DNA of 64,000 nt from Rhizodiscina lignyota. Taxonomy: Eukaryota. The stretch spans positions 1,116,001 to 1,180,000 of the forward strand of contig ML978130.1 in the NCBI GenBank assembly GCA_010015805.1, in the 5' to 3' direction. Positions 1-12,100 of the stretch are shown one piece after another. The position numbers were made by a program, and so were the translations under genes. Every line of letters starts with the position of its first letter. The first letter of the stretch is position 1. Below the pieces are notes generated by a model that did no database searches, was not told the origin of the DNA, and saw nothing but the letters and a program-made list of their open reading frames with translations.

Positions 1-330
1 CGCCATTTGGGATGGATTAATTCCTTACTCTGGAGCATGTACAGTCGATGGACGAGAAAGGCTTCAATTATTTCCAAGGAAGGCGAGGACAACGGAATGT
101 ATTAGCCATCTACCGGGATGAGACGAAGTTAGGTTGAGACGACGTCCAACTTGGCGCGGCGCTAGGATCGCACCATGCCTTTCCTCGGTCTCCACTGTTC
201 TCGAGACAATCACAAGAATTCGGATTTCAAGCGAGTCTCAGCAATACATTTATTGATCGCCAAATAATTGAACTCCGAATCTTTTTATCCCCTTTGAGGG
301 TGAAGACAGCCATGTCTCTCGAAATGTCAA

Positions 331-3300
331 TTGAAAGACTCTCCCCAAGTCCCGACGAATCCATCGGTAGAGATCCTCCTTGATTATAATGCAGACACTG
401 AGCTAAAGACAAATACTTCGCGTTCGACGGCGCTCCACGTGGCTGCAAGTCATGGGTATGTTGAGATCGTTGAGACTCTTATAAAGAAGCGCGCAAGTAT
501 CGATGCGATAGATCTCAATGCGATAGATTTCGATGGATGGTCTGCGTTACATTACGCTGCAAGCAAGAACAACCTCCCTTTGGCAAAGGCACTCCTCGAA
601 AACGGTGCAAATACCGGACTAAAGACGCGCGGTACGGGTCATACTGCGCTCCACAAAGCTGTAGATGGTAAGTACGTCGAGATGATAAACTATCTCATAA
701 AGCAAAAAGCAACAAATATCGACGAGACAGACGATTATGGGTGGTCTGCTTTACATCACGCCACGGACAAGAGGTATATATCTGTACTGGAGGCACTTAT
801 CCGAAAAGGCGCGAAAATGGAGCTAGGCACAAGCACTACAGGTGCGACACCGCTACACCTAGCTATATATCGTGGATCCTTCAAGGTCGTGGAATTTCTC
901 ATCAGGAAGAAGGCAAACGTCTGTGCAATGACTTGGGAAGGCGAAACAGTTCTACACATTGCTCTACAATCTGCATGGGATGACGAAAGCGTGGGAGCCC
1001 AGGCAAATAATACAGGGGGTGGAAACAGGATTTTGGATCACATCATAAAAAATATTGACAAAGGGAAGCAGTGGCAGGAGCTATTGAACGTCGCTCGACG
1101 TGAAGAGAATCGATCTAGATTGAAATACTTGGTAGAGAGAATGGATAATGGGGACATGACAAGGTGGATGCCTTTGGAACGCATCTGGCTTGCTATGAGT
1201 GAAAAAAGGTTTCATGGATTGAAAGACAATCTCAGAGCTGAGGTTGGCCTCAACGCGTTTACAAGTAACATGAAGCAGGAGCTCACCGGCAATTGTGATG
1301 TTCTTAAGCTTGCAGCGTGCCTTGGAGAAGATGAGATTGTGAGGTGGCTTCTTAGAACTAGACACTGGTCCGAATCAGAAAAAGAAGAAGCGAAGAAGCG
1401 AACCAAGAGGCCTCAGTGGGTTACAAAGGAAGCCTTCGAAAGATTGAATGACGGGAAGCTCATCTGGGACACCCCATTTGTCCGGGATGGGAAAAGGGCG
1501 GCCGAAAAGTTTCGTCGACCTTCGCCAAAAGGGCTTGCCGAAAGTTTGCACGAGAACAAGCTTAAAGCTGCTATTATGGATTTTGTTGTCCATGATCAAC
1601 AAGTCGATTTCATGTATTTCGACCGCGATGTCTCCCAAATCATTTACGGAAAGGATGGCGCTGCCGGAGGAGAAACACTCAAAAAGTTTGCAAAGGACGC
1701 CGCAACGCAATTGGAAGATCCAACCATATTCCAGCCGGAATTGCGAGGCAAATGGCCCAGCTTCAGGTGGATACACCTACCCGCTAATTGTGTGAGTAAA
1801 AACAACCCACCCAAAAGCTAAGAACAATTATTGATATTACCCAGATAGATTGGATGAACGTAAGTAGCTCTTATGCTGCTCACAAGAATGGAGTTAACAA
1901 TTTACTCTTTAGGACATAACCTTATCCATATATCTTGAAAAGGATACAAGGAAGGATAATTGGCAAAGCACATTGCAATCTCTACGGCAAAGTTGGGATG
2001 AACTCCCACAGAATGAATCTATGGGAAGGTACATGCACCCCAAGTGCGTGGTATGGTTTGACTTGTCACAATATTACTCATGATATATTTGTTGGTCTGA
2101 TCTTTGTATTAGGAAATAAACGTGGCCCCGACATGGAGCAAGTTATCTGATGATGAACGATCCCGAAAGCCAGACTGTGAACGAAGACTAGCCCTCTATG
2201 TAAGTCTCCATACCACCAATGCTACATTTCTAACTTTTTCTCAAGATGCCGTACATCACTTTCGGGCCTTGCGGCACGAAATCCAAGGTTTTGTCTTACG
2301 AGGAAACGCTCCGGGATAAGCACAAGCATCATATCCTTCATTCTTCAAGAACTCTAGACCAGTATTCGCATAATATTGAAGACAAAAAGCGCGATCTGGA
2401 TCAAGTTGTCACCCGATACATCGATTGGATGAAACATTCTGATGAAGAGAACGGAGGGTACCTTGAGAAACGATACTCTCTCAAATCCAAGAGGAAAGAA
2501 CTGCTCAAGAACGAACATCCTACTAAGGAGAAGCATGATTGCACAAACTGTGAATTCGAGATCCTACGCGTCGATCAATTATGGCTATGGGTCATTGACG
2601 AGAGTAATTAACAGCATACCAAATATGAATTTCGATCCTAGCTGATGATTTCGTAGATACAATTGTTAGCTGCGGGACTCGCCCATTGGATGGTCGGGAC
2701 GATCAGATTTTCAAACGATTACTCGATCGTCTTTGTGAATGTCAAAGCAAACTCGACGGGAATGCCATACCTTCCTCGCTCGAGAGCCTCGTTACGTTTA
2801 TCACCAGCTTCTACATCAACATCGTAGACAACTTGACTACGAAAATCCTTGTTCCCACTCGGACATCCCCGACAAGTAAAGCTCCATTCCATTGATTGAT
2901 AGGCAAGCCCTAACATCGAAAGAATCGACGCCATCACTTTATAGAATGTTCGCCGACTCCATTGAATTGAATGTGGGTCTCCCCTTTCCTGATTGAGACT
3001 TGTGGACCCTAATTCCCCTAGAATAAAATGGAGAGCCAGCTCCGAGAGCAGTTCCAGGAAAGGATGGGCAAGTAAGCAAGCAGATCTCACGACATATACG
3101 ACTATATCAACGATGCTTTGGATATCCTCACCGACATAAAAGATATTCGCGATGAACTGATGATCATCAGCTCTGTAGTACAGAGCCAGAAGACTGTGTG
3201 GGACCAGCTCTCGAAGTCGGCATCCCAAACCAAGGAAGAGAGGGTAGATACGGATCAATGGACAACTTCGGACCCTAATTATGTTCTGGATCACATTAAG

Positions 3301-3902
3301 GATCTACTTCGATACTCCGAGGAGACTCAACGCAATGTAAGTGGGTTGGATATGGAGATGACTGTGAAGATACACCCTAACTTTGCGCTAGATTGACTCG
3401 ATTCTGAGTCTAGAGATGAACCAACTCAGTGCCTCTGAAGGCGAAGAAACACGCATTCAAGGCGAAATCCTAATGGTGTTCACTGTTGTGACGGTTGTCT
3501 TTGTAAGTAATGTTACATCTCCTGGCTGAAGTACTTGGAAGTGACACACATCAATTAACTTAAAACAATGCTCCAGCTGCCATTGTCCTTTCTCTCGTCC
3601 CTATTCGCGCTGAACGTTACAATATTTCCACATGAGGAAGGTGATCTGCTGTACAGGCCAGGCTGGATATTTGGAATCATCTGTGCGTGTCACAGGAACC
3701 GGCGGTGGAAAATGGGAAGCTAATAAATATAGTTGGGACAACGGCCGTTTTCATCTTACTTCTTGCACCTTTCTTGCCTCTCGAAATATTTCGAAAGCGA
3801 ATCAGAATGATATTCTTCCGCAAAGAGCGCAGTCAAGAGAAAAGGCGTTGGGGGATTCGGCGCAAAGCACGAGGTCCTACTGATACTGTTGGCAGTGTGT
3901 AA
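331..3902 (+). CDS. Ankyrin-repeat protein with C-terminal CorA-like (Mg2+ transporter-like) domain; multi-exon, start uncertain
   Basis: About 6 ankyrin repeats (STALHVAA, WSALHYAA, HTALHKAV, TPLHLAI). Family-typical motifs FRWIHLPANC, SRTLDQY, LRVDQLWLWVID, IKDIRDEL. C-terminal TM segment VFTVVTVVFLPLSFLSSLFALN. GT-AG introns include 1792-1844 and 1860-1912. No in-frame ATG at the 5' end. Confidence 0.8.
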
Positions 3903-4351
3903 TAGGGCATTTAGGTAGGTTCTCAAAGTTTCTCCTCTTTTAGCTGAAATTGCAACCACTTATATGGGAAGTTGTCAGTTAAGGTAATCCTCGATTCGGC
4001 GAATATCTGCCTTGACATTTGCGTGCGGTAATATTGAACAAACTTCCCGCAGTATATTTCTCTTGATCAGGACTCAGCTTAGGCTAATCTGAATGACAAT
4101 GCCATTTCAACTCCTTCGAGAATCGAGATATCGGATATCTTCATTTGATCATTTTGTTTCTTTATCCTAAAGACTTGCACGGGCTTAATACGAGTACTTC
4201 GTCTGCACTGCTTATCGTTTGCGCTAAATAACACTACACAAGCTTGTGCACATATCACAATTCCAATTCAATGGTATTTGGAACATTCAAACACATTATA
4301 TTACTAACGATCTAAGGGTAAACTGTACAATTTTCATCCGCAAATCTGCGA

Positions 4352-5607
4352 TCAAGCCATGACAGCCATACCAATTGCATTCGGAGTGACTCCCATACCC
4401 TCTAGGTTGTACACCTGCACCTGTTTCAGGTATCCCTTCTGGCCTTTGGTATCGAAGACGGTGACGGTACCCGGGAGAGTACCGTTTCCAGCATATAGAG
4501 CATAGATGTAGTTACCGGCAACAGCCGCGTCGAACATGCCGGGGTTGCCGTTGTTCAAGTTGAGGATCTTGATGATCTTTCCACTGTCGAGGTCGAACTC
4601 GACCAAGCGATTGACACCAGCATCAGTAGCATAGCCGCTACCAGTCTTCTCGGATGCGGTAACCCAGCATGTTGCCTTCTGACCTGAGATTGTGACTTCT
4701 TCGATAGATGCCTTCTGGTGGTCGACGGTCAGGATGTCCGCGCCAATAACTGTGTCAGCAACGACGACTTTGTCCGTACCCGGAAGAGACTCGGCACCGA
4801 AGAGAGTTCGCTTGAAGTTGGTGATGGGACGAGCACCCTTCTCGCTAACCTTGCCGAAAAACTCTACAGGGAAGGAAGAGAGGAATCCATTGGTGCCTCT
4901 CACGGTGGTGTAGACATAGTCCTCGTTACCACTGAAGATGGTCGAGCCGACGAGGTTGAGAGTAGAGTTCGGCGGCGTGGTCTGGCCGAGATCAAAGGGC
5001 CGAAGAGCGTCGGCGTGTCCAAGTCCCCTACCGGAGTAAGGAACACAAGAGACACCGGCCTTGGCTCCGCTGAAACCGACACAGGCAAGCTGATGCTTTT
5101 CGCTCGCTCCGACTGTGACGGGAAATTCTCCGGGGAGGTGTGCTGGTTTGCCCAGGAGTCTTAGCTTCGAGGAGTCGCGCTCGTCATAAGCTTCGAACAT
5201 GGAGAGTGAGTTGCTTCCTGCATTGACAGCAAAGACATACTGCAGGCACCATGTCAGCGGAAAGTAAAGTTCACCAAGCTCAACGACAAGAAGTTCAGAC
5301 GTACTTTGCCGGAAACAGCTACAGCACCTTGAGATCCAAGCGAATCAGGCGCCTGTGACATCGCTGTGTCTCCATTCGTGGCTATATTAGAACCCTGTCC
5401 GCCAGTCGATGTCTTTGATCCATGGGAGACGGTGCCGTCGGACTTGATTGGCAGAGAAATGACCGTATTGTCGGCATCGTTGCCCAGGATGTAGATGGCC
5501 TTTCCTACAGAATTCTTTCCGGAGCCTCCGTAGCTTGGCGGAAATGCATTGGCAACAGAGGACAAGAGCGGCGCGAGGAGGACCGCAGCAGCGACGTTGG
5601 ACAGCAT
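4352..5607 (-). CDS. Secreted beta-propeller protein, lactonase / 3-carboxymuconate cyclase-like
   Basis: Signal peptide MLSNVAAAVLLAPLLSSVANA. Intron 5240-5304 joins ...VSGK|YVFAVNAGSNSLSMF. Family motifs GEFPVTV and GQKATCWV. Confidence 0.8.
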
Positions 5608-7659
5608 TCTGAGCTCAGAAGTATGACTGCAGGGCTACTGTACGCGTAAGAGATTCGAAACTGAAGATCGTAAGAAATATTAGGAAGAGAGTGAGAACAG
5701 AAGCGAACAGTGACGACGTCGGAGAACAGAAGCGCGAGGTTTCCGAGCATCTAAATACGTCTGAATGAATTCCATTTTCCAAATATCTGCGGCCTAAGCG
5801 ATGGTGTACATAGATAGTACCTTGCAGCAAGCCACAGTTCATAAGGGGATCGAGCTCCCTTGCCGGTATCTGCACAAGCTTCGCTACCCGTTGCTCAGTG
5901 GATCAATCCTGCACGAAGGATGCAGACAATTACCGCATCTTACGGCCACTGCACCTAGCAATACCGTCAAGGCGATGTGGGCCCTGTTGATGTTGCCGAA
6001 CCGACCGTTGGCAACCGATTTGATGGCTCAGCAAACAAGCCTCTATGAGACGCGCGCTAAAACCAGATCCGTGGTTCGGTAGGCATGCTACATGGGATGA
6101 ACAGATCCGAAAATATGGAATCAAAATGTCGAGAGTTGTGAGCCATTCAATCCCCGCTTATGGCTGCGGGAATAATCCAATTTCTCTATCCCCTAGTGTC
6201 TTTCGGGGGACATGCTGCGAGTATCTTGAAATCTTATGACGTGAATATTCGAAGGACTGTTCGACCGTTATTCGACGTACAGAGATTTGGAATCTAGCTT
6301 ATTAACCATGTACAACATATGCACCGCCAACCCCATTTATCGATACAGTCCTACCGCAATAGTATTAGACGCAGAACAGACGAAAGCCACACCCGCAGAT
6401 CCGTTTGGACATTACACTGTTTGAAGGGTGATTTCTAAAATAGATGAAGAAACCTCAAAGCCTGCGAATGTCCTCTCGCGTAGTGCTTGGACCGAGAAAG
6501 CAACCTGGTTTTGCTTACAGTCCATGCCTGAACCAGATTCGCAGCCGCATAGAGTCACGCTCATGTCCTCAGAGTAAGTCCCCGGAGGCGAATATCGATG
6601 AACGTGGAAACAGTGGGATGCTCATTCGCACAGGATGCTTTGTCTGCACTCCGTTCGTGCAGGTAGCATGACACTACCTCCGTATAGCTATAACGAGATG
6701 AGGTTAGAATTGAACTCGACGTCGACAAGGCTGCAAGGCTGCAAGGGTTGGAGAAATTGTCGGCGCTTGGGAAACATTTTTCCGCGATTGATTCCTCATC
6801 ATATTGCTCGAGGTACCTACTTTAGACCCTGATATCTCGCTATGTCTTAGATTCATCGGGATACGAACACGTCCTGCGTCGTAGTGCTCACTGACAGACG
6901 CCATATTTTGTCATCTCTCCTCTTCATCGACGTTTGTGTCGCCGACGAAGACTTCGATTCGCCGTTTAGCCTGATCCATCTGTATCCCGTGGAGTATTGC
7001 GATGCGCCCGACCGCATGAATCAGCAAACCTTGCATTATTATTCCGAGAATGACTTGTCAGATCCTTAAATCAGGGAGGGCCAGGCTCGGTTGTTGTGGC
7101 CGCTGCCTCCGCTCTCGATGGGTTGATTTCTGATCTTCGCGACCGGACAGCGCAGCTGCAATGTGGGATGCAAAGTCATGTGTGGCCGTCTCCTGTTAGG
7201 CTTATCAATTCAAAATGGAGGACCAAACTGATCATTTCCTTTGTTATGCGTAATTCGCTAAACTTTCTCTCCGTACCGAGCTGTACACTGAGGAAACTGT
7301 CGAAGGTTTTAGCCTTACCGACGGATCAAGTGTGACATTATCTCCGCGATACAGAGTATGGCGCTCTTTGAATTGACTGACATAATATAGTTCGAAAGTG
7401 GAGAGACCCACCAAAGCTTTCCACGGCTCCAAATGGCTCTGGAATAGAATGTTCGATGTTCCTGTCTGCGTCTAATGTGGGAATCGTTTTACGCAGTTCA
7501 ATTCACACCGTCTGCAGAGATTAACCTATCTACTTAGGTAGTTCACCTTCAACGGAGCTCATACGATACGCTAAGCTTGACCAACTTACTAAATTCACCC
7601 CCTTTCACGGATCTCTCACCGTGCGTGGAGGTCAGCCAATTGCACAACTCATCTTACTC

Positions 7660-8240
7660 GACCGAGCTCGCACAGTGCGAAGAGGTTGGACCCTTCGCTC
7701 GGCCCTTCCGCTTCGAGCGTGCTTGCACTACCTATGTACAGAGATCATTACATCTACTGCGCTTACCTTCTCCCACGGGCCACGGAGCTCGCTGTATGCG
7801 TGAAGATTGGGCCTACGTACATACTTCACCCTCATCCACAGAGCTCGTACTATGTACGAAGCATTACTGAGTTGTCCGCCTCGCCTTCTTCTCGAAAGCT
7901 TACACCATGAGTGGAGAATTGTCTGTTTGCTTCGTAGGTATTCGACTTTAGCTTTCTCATGGACGTCGAAGTTCACTTCGATTATACGCAGGCGCTCAAC
8001 TTGCAACCTACTCAAGTCGATCTAGCTTTACTTTAGTCAAGTATATTTGCTCGGTGTCCGGCCTGCGTGTGAAGGTTGAGATTCAATTCGATTATAAGTG
8101 GGCGCTCAACTTACAATTTGTACACAGACACCAATTTTCACCTCAGATTAAGATCTCTTAACGCCTAGTGGCCGAATAGATGTCGAGCTTTAGTTTAATC
8201 ATCTGCAGGCGATCAACTTACAATTCGTCTACGTTTCCTT
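7660..8240 (-). repeat. Degenerate tandem repeat (about 110 bp period), probable pseudogene relic
   Basis: Three copies of a ggcgmtcaacttrcaa core near 7992, 8101 and 8208. Three copies of gagctcg...gaag near 7663, 7785 and 7841. Confidence 0.55.
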
Positions 8241-8503
8241 AGCTTCATCCGACGTGTACGCTCCGACCGAAAGAGCGGATAGCTTTGCAGTCACGCCCAC
8301 GTTCGAAGCCAAGATCCGATTTGAAAAGTTTCTCACAGACGGAGATATCGTCAAGGCAGTGTTCCTATTTAAAGAGATAAATAGGCCGGCTACTGATAGC
8401 AACGTAGCAGCGGGCGGTAGGATGGTATTTTGGGTTTGAAGCTGATGACGCGGTTGTAAGAAATCCTTTGTTAAAATTCACAAGACTATCAGTGAGTACG
8501 TTA

Positions 8504-10138
8504 TCAAGCAAACATCTCCTCTTCATGTATCTGACACATATCTTCCCAACCCAGCCAGGCTCCCATATCACTCCAGACGCCGCCCTTCTGCGTCCAAGGT
8601 TTCTGGACCTCGTCTTCGCCCTCTGCATTCCACCACACACGCCCATCAATCCGGCCTCTGGTAATGGGCTTCCTCTCTCTGTTCGTCTCTCGGACGGCGG
8701 CATATAGAAGCTCCATCCCATACGGAACGTACCACATTCGGCTCCACCACCAATCGATCATGTCTTTGCCACCGGTAACCGTGAAGTGGAATACGGCAAA
8801 GATTTGCTTCGTAGCCATGTTCGTGCCGAGCGGGAGCCCTGACCATGTTTGCAGCTCCTTACCGGAGGCCTGCTTGTCGCTCCTCGTGGCATCCTGCGGT
8901 CTGAAGCCGGCCGGGAAAGGAGCCGGCGAATTCCCAATGTCATCAGGCAGGTAGAATTTGCCAGCGGTGCTCTTTATCCTTCTTTTGTTGGAGCTCTTGC
9001 TCTTCTTCGACGACGATAATGTCTTCGTGATTGGGTTGTAATAATCATAATGTGTCCAACCCAGCCATGCTTCGTACCCGGCCGCTGTTTGGAACACTGC
9101 GCTCTCGTAATCCACACCAATATGGAACTCCGTCTTCTGTCCGTCCTCCCATTCCGGATACGTCGCGTCGCCGTTCGGCGGGGGTGGCTGTCTATTTTCA
9201 TTGAACAGCTCTCTGCGGCCCCAGATATCGGTCAAGTTCCGCCATATTTCCGTCCGTACCCATTCCTGGGTACCCCAGAGATCAGCCAAATACATCTGAT
9301 CCGACTGTCTCACCACATCTTCAGCCTCTTCATCGTACTCCCTGCTCATCATGACCATTGTGCCTTTGAACAGCTCCAGCAAATCCTTCACATTCCCCAT
9401 TATGGTCCCTGAATTGAGCCACCGCGCGCGATTCATCGAACCGCCCGAATCGGTATGCGGTCCCAATGCCCACTTGCCCACAGTGGACTGCGGAATCGCC
9501 CAGCACGCAGGACGGTTGTAATCCGCCGGCCAGCAGAATTTGTCCGGACCGAACAGGATCGTCTGCCTGATATTCTCGAGCTCCATCACGCCTTCTCCAA
9601 AGTCCTCCGCAAGCCTCTCCTCCGCCGCCGCGTTGACATCAAAATACCTTGAAATAAGCACATCAGGGCGAAGTTGGAGCCATACGTCGGATCCGTCAAC
9701 GATCAGCACCAAATCGTCGTTTCGTTCGGGAGGGAGAGACTCGAGATATCGGATTGTCCCAGTGATTTTGGCGATGGAGGATGTGCTGATATCGTACTCG
9801 CCTGTGGCGTTCCAGCCTACGAGTATGGGGGTCGGATAGTTTAGCACTGCGGCAGAGTAGAGGAGGCGGCAGAGGTTCAGATCGGCAGTCGTGGTTGGTA
9901 CTAGGAGGTGGAAGTAGGAGCGCGAGGAGCGATGGAAAAGGTTAAGCGATAGTGGTAGAAGATTGTATGACTGTTCAAGTACTGTATTAGCCGAGTTCGG
10001 AAGCCTATTACGCGGGGCACGTACAGAATCGCTGTTGGCGAGAAAGAAAAGGATAACGATTGTGCAGAGGAGTAGTATCAGGACGGTTCGTCTGGAGAAC
10101 GGTTTTCGTCTCGAGGACGGCGAGTAGCTTGCGCCCAT
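8504..10138 (-). CDS. Type II membrane putative glycosyltransferase, PLOD/LH3 GT-domain-like
   Basis: Intronless 544 aa ORF with an N-terminal TM anchor. Motifs LVLIVDGSDV, ILFGPDKFCWP, RWLNSGTIMG and SDQMYL parallel the LH3 GT motifs (VDSYDV, FSAESFCWP, FLNSGGFIG, DDQLFY). Confidence 0.75.
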   Translation of the reverse strand: MGASYSPSSRRKPFSRRTVLILLLCTIVILFFLANSDSVRAPRNRLPNSANTVLEQSYNLLPLSLNLFHRSSRSYFHLLVPTTTADLNLCRLLYSAAVLNYPTPILVGWNATGEYDISTSSIAKITGTIRYLESLPPERNDDLVLIVDGSDVWLQLRPDVLISRYFDVNAAAEERLAEDFGEGVMELENIRQTILFGPDKFCWPADYNRPACWAIPQSTVGKWALGPHTDSGGSMNRARWLNSGTIMGNVKDLLELFKGTMVMMSREYDEEAEDVVRQSDQMYLADLWGTQEWVRTEIWRNLTDIWGRRELFNENRQPPPPNGDATYPEWEDGQKTEFHIGVDYESAVFQTAAGYEAWLGWTHYDYYNPITKTLSSSKKSKSSNKRRIKSTAGKFYLPDDIGNSPAPFPAGFRPQDATRSDKQASGKELQTWSGLPLGTNMATKQIFAVFHFTVTGGKDMIDWWWSRMWYVPYGMELLYAAVRETNRERKPITRGRIDGRVWWNAEGEDEVQKPWTQKGGVWSDMGAWLGWEDMCQIHEEEMFA

Positions 10139-12100
10139 GGCACCGACATCTGGTTTCCTTCTTCAAATCTTCCTGATCTTCGAGTTCAACGATAGCTGTT
10201 TAACGGCGTAGCGCCGTATGAAATGGCCACGAGGGCAACTTGCGGAGCAAGTGAACGAACGGAGACAATAGAGACTAAATTAGGCGGAGTTGATGGAACA
10301 TGCAACTGCCATAGCATGTAGACACCTCATTGCTCCAGGTATCTCTTTGGGTGAAGCTGAAGCAACATCTCAAGTGTAGCAGATGCGTCAGCGTATCGCG
10401 AAATCAGGCTGTGCATTGGCAGCATTTAGGTCTCGCGACACGGGTGGTCCATACGAAGGACCGGGATGAGATGAGTTCAGGGATTGAGAGCAGGGGTAGC
10501 ATTGCGGCTCAATCTCTTCGAAGAGGACATAGAAGTTGTCTGGAGAACGAAACAGCAGTGATGTAGAGCCTCTACAATCAACAAGAAGCAAATGGTTGCA
10601 GATGGTATGTTACTATGGCAAGCACTCCGAAGAAGGTAGAGCTAGGCTTCCAGGACAATCTCGATTCTTGTGAAGTGCAAAAGCTTCGGCGTTACGGCTT
10701 GCTCCGGCAGCCAAATACATATTATTTCGACCCCCATAATCTCTTTTCTTCAATCGCACTATCTCCACCCTTCTCTGGCTCTCAGTATCAGAGAGACATC
10801 GCAATACCATGCTAAACGTTTTCGAGTACGCCTATACATTCCACGTCTTGATCGCGAGATCCGATTTAGACTCTTGCGGTTGGATTATCCTAGTTGATCA
10901 TTCTACTTCTTCTCAGCTACTCCAAATGGCAAGATATCATGAGAGCAATGGGAATTCACTAAATTTCCATTCTGTTATTCTTCAATCTTCAGTTATCTTT
11001 TCGTGAGTACTGAAGTGTAGAAGAACGAACAAAGGTCCGAGGATGCTTAATATTCATATCACTTTCAAGTTCGAGTAATGGAGAGTCATGCTTATATATA
11101 AGCAAAAGTCTTGCAAATGCGCCCTTCTTCTCCTCAGGGCAATGTAGAGCTTTACAAGCATCGCTCCTCTCTATTCCGTATTCTGCAGTCCTCCACAGTT
11201 TGCAGTTCAGGAGCATGCTTATCCAAATGAAACCTTTTTCCCAGCGCGGTAAGGCAACCGACCCGCTCGTATCCTCCTACTAAGAGCCGCAAATGCCCAA
11301 AAAATTAAGCATTTCTCAGGCAGGGGCACAGGCCTGTACCCGGCTCCGGGTTCCTGCATACATAAGGTACGCTTACAGGTTAGATTCTGGGTTCCTGAGG
11401 TTGTCGTAATGGAGACAGAGTTTCTGATGCCAAGGCCGCGCAATCAACTCCATATCAAAGGGTTTCGAACGCGTCGAGATACCAAGACAGCCGCGCGTTT
11501 GGCCAAGCTGTGAGCCCAAGAGATTGGCGGGAAACGGAATCTCAGCGGGAGAGGATCAATCCGTGCGCGGCGCCGAGTTGCCAATGACGCTGCGTGGCTC
11601 GTGAATGTTTGCGAGTGGACAAATCGACCTGAGACGTGAATTGTCGGAGAACGAGCAGGAGAGAGGACCAGCCGCAACTCAGCCACAGGTATCGTGGCAT
11701 TTGGTTCAAGCGATTCCAATTGACCATACAGGTTCTGGCGGGCTGCATGCAGAGCAGAGTGGACAGGTTCGAGAGCAGGTTTGGAAAACGTACAAAGTGA
11801 AGTATCACGAGTTTCCATTTTCCCAATTCCACTCCGTTGTTGAGGGGGCCTTAAAACTCGATATTTACAGCGCAATCGAGTCCTCAACCAGTCCAGTAAA
11901 ACCGTTCTTGCCGTGCAGAAGAAAAAAAGAAGCCATTTACAAAGGGTATGATGCCCCTCCCAATCCCGACCTGCGTAGGGTTCTATGTACAAGATAGTTT
12001 AATTATGTGCTGCTCTCGTCAAGAGTCCAGAACTCAAAATGCGGAGCCAGAGCGCTGAATGGGAATATCATCCCAAATCAAATTCAATGAAGAAATAAGT

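Noticed and set aside
10300..12000. Short ORFs between the glycosyltransferase and the transporter
   Set aside because: No recognisable domain or consistent exon structure; chance ORFs or unidentifiable decay.
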